A stretch of DNA of 64,000 bases from Trichoplax adhaerens. Lineage: Eukaryota > Animalia > Placozoa. Each line of letters starts with the position of its first letter. Within the stretch, counting starts at the first letter, position 1. The notes beneath the pieces were generated by a model. The model saw nothing but the letters and a program-made list of their open reading frames with translations, did no database searches and was not told where the DNA came from. The DNA lies in the NCBI RefSeq assembly GCF_000150275.1, contig NW_002060947.1, positions 8,107,880 through 8,171,879 on the forward strand, given 5' to 3'. Below, in pieces: positions 14,308 through 25,211 of this stretch. Both the position numbers and the translations under genes were made by a program.

Positions 14308-15947
14308 GACGATGGCTGCAATCAACAGCTAGATCATAAAGATAGTGGTTGTAACAACATCTAATAGTGTAATATAACTAGCTACCAAATTACTTAATTG
14401 TTTTTAGCCTACACTAGAGTATATTGCCTCTGCATTACTTGTACAGTATGTACTCAGTTACTCTTCGATATTGTAAATAGGCAACATCTAGCATACACAA
14501 CTTCTCTAAATACAATTCAGATATTAACATTTCTACGTACTAATTCTTACTTGCCAATATTATTACTTGACTTTTTAGTAGCTGAATTTGAAATTTATTC
14601 TTAAATATATTTAGTACCATTCAAGATAGCAACTACCGGAAAGAATCTAACAAAATACGCCTATATTTCATTCCTGACTAAGTAGCACTATTGGTTTAAC
14701 TACCGAGATTATTAATAACTGTTTACTATTCCCAGTATCTATATTAGCGTAAATGATAATTTAAGACCATTTCAATCAATCTTAAATTAACCAGTAGTTT
14801 AATTTGACCTTACGCTTTCAGCAACAATAATAATAAGGTAACAATTTTACTCTCTAATCTAAGTTGGTCATTCATAAGTGTAACATCGTTATAACAGAAT
14901 CTATGGTAAATAATAGGCTGTCTATATATCAATAGTTCGCAGTTAATCAATTAATTTGGCTATAATGACCAAATTTTATGTCTAACTAACTGTGTTATGG
15001 TTAATCCTCGAAGTTGACTAACGCCTGAGATAATGTTCAAATCTTTCAAATTCAATTAGTTTAATTAAATCGGTATATGTAATGAAAGAGGACAAATTAA
15101 ACGACATAAGATCTATTTGTAAACGCTACGTCAAAATAATTATCAAGATATTCCCTATTGCATCTAATAGAATCCTAAACTGCTCTAAAAATATGAATTC
15201 AATAACGAGAAGTATTATTTGAGCCTTTAAAAAATTCAGTTTAGGACCAAATGATATAAATTTTATTTTTTTATGGTTTAAAATCTAAATTTTAACAACT
15301 ATATAGCAGATTAATGATCAAGACAAAAAGTCAAATCATTTGAAGTAGCATTTCCTACTATACTATAAGTAATTTACAGTATATAATGATATGAAAAAGA
15401 GAAATCTTGATGTAAGAACATTTTACAATGGACCAACTTGGGAGTTTGTGATATTACTTCGCCTTATAGAATTATTACCATTTTAACTCATGCATAATTA
15501 ATTGCAAACTCCTCCGAATCGTTTCTGTATTATACGTACTGAAGCGGCGCCGTAACGCCCATTGCCATTTTACTGTACTTTGCTCATACTTACTGCAAAA
15601 GCACTTGCATAATTAATTATTAAACTTTGTGCCGGCATTATTCCCGTATTAGATTGACAAAAGAACGAGGAGGGCAGTTGCAAAGCATTCTGCACTTTGA
15701 TAGGTGGTACGGTAGTGCACGATTCTCCAATATTAGTACAGATCATTTTTGTGCACTATTTTAATTCTCTGGTGCTATTTGGACGAAGCTACTCGATCAA
15801 AGTTGATTTTTATCGTTTACGTGAGGTATTACGTATGCATAGCTCAGGCCTATTACTTTAAATATCTGGTTAATACAGCGTAAAAGAACTTCTCGATTTC
15901 TGTTTTGTTTTTTGTAAAATAGCATTGCTTTCAATTCGAATTGAAAA

Positions 15948-17451
15948 ATGTCTGACCAAGGAAGTGACAGTGTTAAGAAAATTACAAGTTTTAACGGTCG
16001 TGTTTCTAAGGATGGATCTGGCCAATTTCCAGCACAGAAAGGTAGATACCATTTGTATGTTAGCTTAGGTTGTCCTTTTGCACACCGAACCATAATCACG
16101 AGAAAGTTGAAAGGCTTAGAAGATATCATTACGATGGATATTACACACTGGTATATTCATGAAAATGGTTGGTTTTTCGACGAGACAGTAAATATGAGTA
16201 CTAAAGACACAGTTAATGGCTTCAAATTTTTAAGAGAGGCTTACGAACAGACTAATGCAAATTATAGCGGTAGAATTACCGTACCAGTACTTTACGACAA
16301 GGTTAACAAGGTCATCGTTAATAACGAATCTGCCGAAATCATGGAAATTCTAAACAGCGAATTTAATGAATTTTGCTCTACTCAAGAGCAAAAGGATTTA
16401 AATTTATATTCTAAAGAGCATGAAGAAACGGCCAACGAGCTATTAAGCTGGATATTACCGTAAGCGATACTTAGTGCACTTTCAGCAAAGTGCTATTACT
16501 ATGATCAGAGTTGAATGTCTACAGTACGATACGAATATAGTCGTAAACTTGTCAAGTGCAATATATTAGATCATGGTCTTCACCATGACTAATCAGATTT
16601 TCGTCCTTATACATTATTCATGAATGACTAGAAACATTATTACTGGAGTTTATCGTGTTGGCAATGCCACTGATCAAGAAAGTTATAATCAATCTGTCGA
16701 TACTCTATTCGAGAATCTCGATCGATTAGAAAAACACCTTTCTAATCGTCGTTACCTAACAGGAAAGACTATAACGCACGCAGATGTCAAGTTATTTGTA
16801 GCATTAGTTCGTTTCGATGTGGCATATTACGTGGTGTATAAGGTTAGTTATCAGTTCTGAGCGTTTCTAACTTTGTGCTAAATATATAATAATGCTATGA
16901 AAATAATACCAACCTAAGACTATGCAGTAAATGTAAATAGTCTTACGATAAAATTTGGCAGGCTCAGTTACTTTAACACTATTTCTTGATTGTGAATTAT
17001 AATTGATTGAGTTTCTTCTGTGATGAAATGGTAGTGTAATACAAAACGTATTGCTGATTATCCAAACATTTGGGGCTATTTGCGAGATCTTTATCAATCT
17101 CCAGGCTTTGGAGAAACGGTTAATATTGAGCACATTAAGAATTTATACCATGTAAGTGAATATCTTATTTACATTGCTTTGTACACTTGAAATTATTAGA
17201 AATTGCGGATATTGCAATTTAACTTATTTTACGATAAAAATTTAAATTTGTTATTGTATTGGTTTTAACTTCTACTTTTTTAAGTTTATTAGTTTACTCT
17301 GATTAAAGCTACGTAGCACTGTATAAACTTTTATTTATCTGATGTATTGTAGGTGAGCGACAAAAAACAGAAGCCTACTAAAATCTGTCCTAAAGGACCA
17401 GTTGTCGACTTTACTGGCAAGCATGGACGTGAAGCATTAGCATCAGCATAG
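15948..17451 (+). CDS. GHR-like protein, copy 4, derived subfamily (CPFAH), 312 aa, 4 exons
   Basis: Exons 15948-16459, 16632-16842, 17035-17151, 17353-17451; intact frame. Motifs SLGCPFAHR, NIITGVYR, RFDVAYY, HIKNLYH, QKPTKICPKGP. Confidence 0.92.
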
Positions 17452-20275
17452 AATACATGTGTGCAATTAGTTGGCGTAGTAAAATGACAGTACAGTCGCT
17501 GCAATTACGGTAAATTAATCATTAAGAGAAATGTAAAGATATCTATAACTGGCATAAAGACTGTTTTAGAGATATAGCACTACAGCTCGTTTCTAGTCAT
17601 TTAAGAAACATCTTAGCTATTTAGATCTTAGTATTTGAAATTTACTGAGAGTTTTAGGTTTTAACATCTTACACTATTATTTGAAAAATTTGATATTCTC
17701 GTCAAGCTGATGAACATACAAATATACTTAGGGCACTATTCAATTGCGGTAGATAACTTTCACATAAAGCGCATATCAAGAGATGATACGTAGTTGTATA
17801 GACATTTTAATCTACAGGTAGGCCAGACAATGCTAAAATAATTATATAGCGTAAAGGCTGTAATAAGAACTTATCTAGCTTAATTTGTAGTATGTAGATG
17901 TTATGGTAAAAAAGTATGTGTTTCATTATTGATTATCAAAATACAATAATAAAAAAAATATGACGAAATAGATTTTGGATAATGTTCTATTAGAAATTCT
18001 ACAATTTTAAGTTTAATATCTATATGATTCTAAATTTTACCTTCAATGAGAAATTTTTACTTTAGTTCTATCTTCGAAATGTTTTAGAATGGGTAAAGCT
18101 TTATACAGTGTAAAGTAATTATTAAATGCACGCAATTCATCACTGTACCATCATACGGTTTCGTACTCTACGTCGAACTTGTATTTGCCTTTCTTTAATC
18201 ATTAAGGTATACACATTCTTAATTAATTTCGATAATTTGATAGCAATTCCATTTTACTGGTATATCTCATTGAGCTAAATAAATGCTTACAGGAAACTTG
18301 CTTAAGATTTTTAAGCAAGTTACTTAGTTGTCGACGTATAAAAGTTTCACAGTCGTATAATACGATACTAAGCGTTCAAATTTAATAAGCGGCAATATAG
18401 TAGGTAAAATTGTTAAATAACTTGGGATACTTCAATGATCATTCGGCTTAGCTCAAAAGCGGTACATGGCAAGTTCCTTCTTTATTAATTCAATAATCTA
18501 TTGCATGCAAATTATTAAAGCAATTTATGCTACAATGTTTAATGCAATAGATAACTCTTAGGATTTATTTAAGTTAAGGACGTTGAAGAACGTTTGCGGA
18601 GATTTGATGACGGCTATGATTAATAGCTAGTTAACTCATGAAGATAGTAGTTATAACGATATCTAACACTACATGTAATACAGCTAGCTACTAAATTGTT
18701 CATATATTTTCAGTCTATATTACAGTATACTGCTGTTACACCCTTCTATACACTTGGTCACTCTTCGATACTGTAAATATACAACAACTAGCATACACTA
18801 CTTCCCTAAATAAAATTCATATATTAAAATTTCTACGTACTAATCCTAACTTGCTATTATTATCACTTGATACTATAGTGTCAGAATAATAAATTTGAAA
18901 TTTATTCTTAATTATACGTACTTCCAGTACCGTTCAAGATAGCTCTACTGGAAAGTATCTAACAAAATACGTTTATATTTCATGATCGACTGATTCGCAC
19001 TATTTATTTGACCATTGAGATTATCAAATACTATTTATTGTTTGCAATATCTACATTAGCGGAAGTGATAATCTTAATCCCAAATTAATCTTTTATTAAC
19101 AAGTAGCTAGTTCCGATCTTACGCTTTATGCAACAGTAATAAGTAGCAATTATACCCTCTAATTTAAGTCCGTCATTTGTATATCATTATAGCATGCTAT
19201 ACATTCATAAATAGACAGTGTATATTCGAACGGTACACAGTCAATCAATTAATTTTGCTATAATGATTAAATTTAGTGTCTAGCTTGCTGTGTTATGGTT
19301 AATCCTCGAAGTCGAGTCATGTCTTAGATAATCTTTAAATCTTGCTAATTCAATAAGCTTAAATAAATCGTAATAGGTAATGAAAGAGGACAAATTGAGC
19401 GGCAAAAGATCTATTTGTAAGCGCTACGCAAAAATAATATTTATGATATTCTCTCTAGTGTCCAATAGAATCCTATAATGTTCTAAAAATATAAATTCAC
19501 TTACGAAAAGTGTTGTTCGAGCTACTTAAAAATTCAGTATACGACTAATTGATACAAATTTTATTTTGTTATCATTTAAAATCTGAATTTAAACAATTGT
19601 TTTGTATATTTAATGTCAAGAAAAAAATCAAACGATACAATGCAGCATTCCCCACTAAACTGTAACTAATACACAGCTTGTAATGATATGAAAAAGAGCA
19701 ATCTTCATATTCAATTTAAACATTTCGCTATGGTCTAACTTGGGAATTCACAATATTACTACGCCTCATAGTATTGTTACTAGGCTTGTACAACTCTAGT
19801 TGTTACTATTGAACTTATGGATAATTAATTAATCGTAAACGCCTCCAAATCGTTGCTGTACCACAGCGTCGCCGCAAAGCACACTATCATTTTACTTCTC
19901 TCATACTTACTTACTGCAAGGGCGATAAAAACTCTTGCATAATTAATTAAACTAATTATTAACTTTGTACCGGTATTGTTCCCTGTATTAGGTTGACAAA
20001 AGAAGGAGGAGGGTAATTGCCAATCAGGTATTCTGCACTTTGATAGGTGGTATTAATAGTATTGCAGATCATGATAGTGCATTATTTTAATTCTCTGGTG
20101 CTATTTGGACGAAGCTACCCGATCAAAGTTGATTTTTATCGTTTACGTGAGGTATTACGTATAATATTGCTTAGGCATAGCTCTTTAAATATTAATGGTT
20201 ACTGCAGCGTAAAAGAACTTCTCGATTTCTGTATTATTTTTATAGAATAGCATTACTTTCAATTCGAATTGAAAA

Positions 20276-21846
20276 ATGTCTGACCAAGGAAGTGATAGTG
20301 TTAAGAAAATTACAAGTTTTAACGGTCGTGTTTCTAAGGATGGATCTGGCCAATTTCCAGCACAGAAAGGTAGATACCATTTGTATGTTAGCTCAGGTTG
20401 TCCCTTTGCACACCGAACCATGATTACAAGAACGTTGAAAGGTTTAGAAGATATCATTACGATGGATATTACACACTGGTATATTCATGAAAACGGTTGG
20501 TTTTTCGACGAGACAGTAGATACGTGTACTAAAGACACAGTTAATGGCTTCAAATTTTTAAGAGAGGCTTACGAACAGACTAATGCAAATTATAGCGGTA
20601 AAATTACTGTACCCGTACTTTACGATAAGGTTAACAAGGTCATCGTTAATAACGAATCTGCCGAAATTATGGAAATTCTAAACAGCGAATTTAATGAATT
20701 TTGCTCTACTCAAGAGCAAAAGGATTTAAATTTATATTCTAAAGAGCATGAAGAAACGGCCAACGAGCTATTAAGCTGGATAACACCGTAAGTGATGCTT
20801 GGTATATGTACTTCCAGTAAGTGCTATTACAAAGATCAGAATTGAATGTCTACGAAACGAACATAATTACAAACTTATTGCAAGCTTGCTAAACTTTGCA
20901 ACATTTTAGATCATTTACTTACGCTCATTACGACGGTATTGATAGATAAATCACGATTTTCACCATGACTAATCAGATTTTCGTCCTTATACATTATTCA
21001 TGAATTACTAGAAATATTATTTTCGGAGTCTATTATGTTGCTAATGCCAAAAATCAAGAAAGCTATGATCAATCTGTCGATACTTTATTCAAGAATCTCG
21101 ATCGATTGGAAGAGCACCTTTCTAATCGTCGTTACTTAACAGGAAAGACTATAACGCACGCAGATGTCAAGTTATTTGTGACTTTAGTGCGCTTCGATGT
21201 GGCATATTACCTAGCGTATAAGGTTGGTTCCATCAGTACTGAACATTTCTAACTATATAGTAGTTAAATACATGATAATACTATGATAATAGTACCGATT
21301 TAAGATTATACAGTAAAGGTGAATAGTCTAAAGATAAAATTGACAAGCTCCGCTACTTTAACGTTATTTCTTGATTCTGAATTGGAATTGATTGAGTTTC
21401 GTTTGTGGTGAAATTGTAGTGCTGTATAAAGCGTATCGTTGATTATCCAAACATTTGGGGCTATTTGCGAGATCTCTATCAATCTCCAGGCTTTAAAGAA
21501 ACGGTTAATATTGAGCATATCAAAAAGTTATACCATGTAAGTGAATATCATATTTGTATTACTTTGTACACTTAAAATTATTTGCAATTGTTGCTATTGT
21601 TATTTAACATATTTTTTGCGATAAAAATTGGAATTTTTTATTGTATTAGTTTTCTGTGCTATTTTAAGTTTATTTGTTTACCGTGCTCTGATTAAAGCTG
21701 CGTAGTTCTATATAAGGATTGTTTTTTTTGTATCCTACGCGTTATAGGTGAGCGACAAAAAGCAACAGCCGACTAAAATCTGTCCTAAAGGACCAATTAT
21801 CGACTTTACTGGCAAACATGGACGTGAAGTACTCGCTTCAGAATAG
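20276..21846 (+). CDS. GHR-like protein, copy 5, derived subfamily (CPFAH), 312 aa, 4 exons
   Basis: Exons 20276-20787, 21012-21222, 21420-21536, 21748-21846; intact frame. Motifs SSGCPFAHR, NIIFGVYY, RFDVAYY, HIKKLYH, QQPTKICPKGP. Confidence 0.92.
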
Positions 21847-23478
21847 AGAACGCGTATATGTGTGCGATCATTTGGCCTAGTAATATGACAGTACATTGTC
21901 TTCAAGATATAGGGCTGCAGCTTGCAGCTAGTTATTGATTTAAGAAACATCTTAGCTATTTATATCTTAGTATTTGCAATGCATTGAGAGTTTTTCGATT
22001 TTAATATCTTACGCTATTATTTAAAACACTTGATATCACCGGCAAAGTGATGCATGTACTGTACAAGTATGCTTTGGGTATTAGTCAGTTTGCAGAAGAT
22101 AACTTTCACATAAGGGACATATCAGGAGGTGATAGATAGTTGCATAGACATTTTAATCTTCAGGTAGACCTGATAATACTACAATATTTGTATACGATAA
22201 AGGCTGTAATTATTTTGATATTAGATTTATAACAGCAATTAGAACTTTACTAGCTCAATTAGCTGTAGTACGTAAACGTCATGGTAAAATAATCATGTAT
22301 AGAATCATAGATTAATTATCAAAGTATAATAATAAAACAATATGACGAAATATATTTTGGACAATGTTCTATTAGAAATTCTACAATATTAAGTCTTTAC
22401 TATTTGTAAGATTTTTAGATTTTTTCCTTTAATGAAATTTTTTACTTTAGTTCTATCTTCGAAATGGTTTTAGATTGAGTAATGCTTTATACGTTGGAAA
22501 CCAATAATTACAATACATGTACGTAATTCCTCACAGTACTATGACACAGAGTCGCACTCTACGTCAAAGTTGTGTTTTCCTTTCTTTAATTAATCATTAA
22601 GGTATAGGTATTCTAATTAAATTTCGAGATCTTCTATGTTATACGCATAATATGATGAAAGCACATTCGTTTAGAATTGGCTAAAGCTAAAGTGCAGTTG
22701 AATTCGTTAAGTTCTTAAATTCAATGCAGTAAAAATACTTTTAATAAGTACACTCTAAAATAGTCTGTTCTACTTTAGGTGATTCTTATGCTCAAATCTA
22801 CACACACGGGAATCACGTTTAATTATTACTTCTAGTTATGGAAAAATTGAAGAGGGTCAACTTGAATTTGAAGACTAATACCGTGTGCTTCATTCTTTTT
22901 AGCTATATTACCATAATATTGGACGGTATTTATATTATATTTTTAATATTATGTCAGGTATTTGGAGCTTTTACCAACACTATTGTCTGTTATTCTCATC
23001 CAATTTAAATCAATCCTTGATTAATTATCATTAAGTACGTGTATCTATTTTGACCTTTTGGTGAAATTGATGATGAATATGTATCCTAATGCAATCCAAT
23101 TAGGCGATACATGATAACAATAGTAAAAGCTCGCTGTTGCATGATGAGCAATACCAGTAATCCTATTGCAAGGCTGCATCTGTCCCATTCGCGATCTAAT
23201 AGCTACTTTGTGCTTCTGTGAATTAAAATTACATATCGATTGCATTTTGGCTTTACTTGCATAATTCATGAGTATGGTAAGTCATACTTTAAAGTACTGT
23301 AAAGTATGAGTTAAGTTCTCTTTCATATCCTATAGTATCAGGTAGTGCAAATTCATGACATGCGTTAGTGCGCTTAGACAGCCTGTTATTGATAAGCGTC
23401 TATCTATCATTTTGCAGATAGGTATACGAGTTCCATAGTAACGTCTACGATGACTTAATTAAGTAATTCTAACTATAG

Positions 23479-24337
23479 ACTATTTCAAAATGCACTGTCA
23501 TTTGCTGCTGCAAGGGGTTAAGTATAAGAGACTACGACAAGAAGGTAGCAAAAAATGCATTGTCATTTAGCAAGCTGTACGTGATTGAATACATAAGGGA
23601 CTACTGTAAGAATCAACTAGCTTAAATACTGAAGTACTGCCATGGACTATTTAAGAATGCACTGCCATTTAGTGCTGTGAGTGATAGAGTATCCTAGCCT
23701 GTTCGTCAGAGTCGTATGCTGTAGGTCATATATCTCCATTTTGCAGATACATCTACTTAATTAAGTCTAACTATTTCAAAATGCACTGTCATTTGCTGCT
23801 GCAAGGGGTTGAGTATATGAGACTACGACAAGAAGCTAGCAAAAAGTGCATTGTCATTTAGTGAGCTGTACGTGATTGAATACATAAGGGACTGCTGCAA
23901 GAATCAACTAGCTTAAATACTGAAGTACTGCCATGGACTATTTAAGAATGCACTGCCATTTAGTGCTGTGAGTGATAGAGTATCCTAGCCTGTTCGTCAG
24001 AGTCGTATGCTGTAGGTCATATATCTCCATTTTGCAGATACATCTACTTAATTAAGTCTAACTATTTCAAAATGCACTGTCATTTGCTGCTGCAAGGGGT
24101 TGAGTATATGAGACTACGACAAGAAGCTAGCAAAAAGTGCATTGTCATTTAGTGAGCTGTACGTGATTGAATACATAAGGGACTGCTGCAAGAATCAACT
24201 AGCTTAAATACTGAAGTACTGCCATGGACTATTTAAGAATGCACTGTCATTTAGTGCTGTAAGTGATAGAGTATCCTAGCCTGTTCGTCATAGTCGTATG
24301 CTGTAGGTCGTATATCTCCATTTTGCAGATACATCTA
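23479..24337 (+). repeat. Tandem repeat, about 3 copies of a 291-bp unit, each containing three diverged sub-repeats
   Basis: tatttcaaaatgcactgtcatttgctgctgcaagggg recurs at 23481, 23772 and 24063 (period 291). Copies are near-identical. The internal motif TGCAYTGYCATTT occurs three times per unit. No ORF of 60 aa or more. Confidence 0.95.
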
Positions 24338-25075
24338 TGAGATACGGCAATATCAGCCATCGTTTTACTCTATTGTCTAGTGTACCCATACAGTACTACA
24401 TGAACTGTATAGCATGTTCACCTTCGTTTTAGAATTTTGATGTAAAAAATCGACTTCCTTTGTTGCAATTATTATTATTAAAGTGATTTCAACATGCTAG
24501 AATAAAATCGATCCAGTTTTGATATTGATGATAGCATTTAAAAAGAATTCTTCTATTCTAAAGCGAATGCAAACACGCTCAGCGTGATCTTTTTCCAATT
24601 CTTGAATATGAAGTTAGACACTTCAGTATTCGCCATTTCCACATATCCAAAATTGACCGGATTTTGCCAAGAAAGGGCCCGCATATATATAAGAAGTGCT
24701 AACGCATCGGATTGGAAAAGGATCTTACTGTTCACTGCACAGCGAAGCATCAGGCGCTACTTCAGTACCATGGACTGCTGGAAGAAAATTGTCTACTGTA
24801 CTGTAAGGTGCTTCTAGTGGACTGTAACATGCAATAAACAACATTAAAAATGCTTCATCATCGTTATCATCACGTGATCGAAAGAAGGATTCTACGGTAG
24901 GGTAGTGCTCATTTCTGACCCCCCAAATGAATAAACAGTATGGGCATTGAACGCTTCGCTGCGTTGCCTGTGCGGCAAGGCTACTTCCCATCGATTGGCT
25001 CAAGATGAATCGATGTCAACCGTGGAGGTTGACCTCTATTGTGTCTGGTTTTAGCGCATGGTCAGTACAGTAGAA

Positions 25076-25123
25076 ATTGGCTAGCCAATAGTTGGAGGTG
25101 AGCTATTGGACATGCTGAGTCAT
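25076..25123. promoter_or_regulatory. Promoter module of GHR copy 6: palindromic double CCAAT, a third CCAAT and a perfect ARE/NF-E2 site
   Basis: ATTGGCTAGCCAAT (25076-25089, perfect palindrome), ATTGG 25105-25109, and TGCTGAGTCAT 25113-25123 (ATGACTCAGCA on the minus strand); 88 bp before ATG 25212. Confidence 0.6.
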
Positions 25124-25211
25124 AAGTTAGCAAATCCCAAGCTAGCTGTTTCCAAAGTGTTGAAATCGATTTTCTCGTTGGATTAGGATCACTTTAAAAC
25201 GCTGTTGGATC

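Larger units (their letters stand above)
8820..22625 (+). repeat. Tandem segmental triplication (units ~8820-13290, ~13730-18240, ~18250-22625), each carrying one GHR gene plus flanks
   Basis: Colinear non-coding homology, e.g. 8820 tatctcaacaatgctaat vs 13731 tatcttaacaatgctaat. Shared blocks aaatttctacgtactaat, ggaaagtatctaacaaaatac, cgatcaaagttgatttttatcgtttacgtgaggtattacgta and 3' aagaaacatcttagctattta. ATG spacing 4772 and 4328 bp. Boundaries approximate. Confidence 0.9.

Noticed and set aside
23479-24337. Repeat-spacer-like structure suggesting a CRISPR array
   Set aside because: The spacers themselves repeat with 291-bp periodicity, the context is eukaryotic and there are no cas genes.
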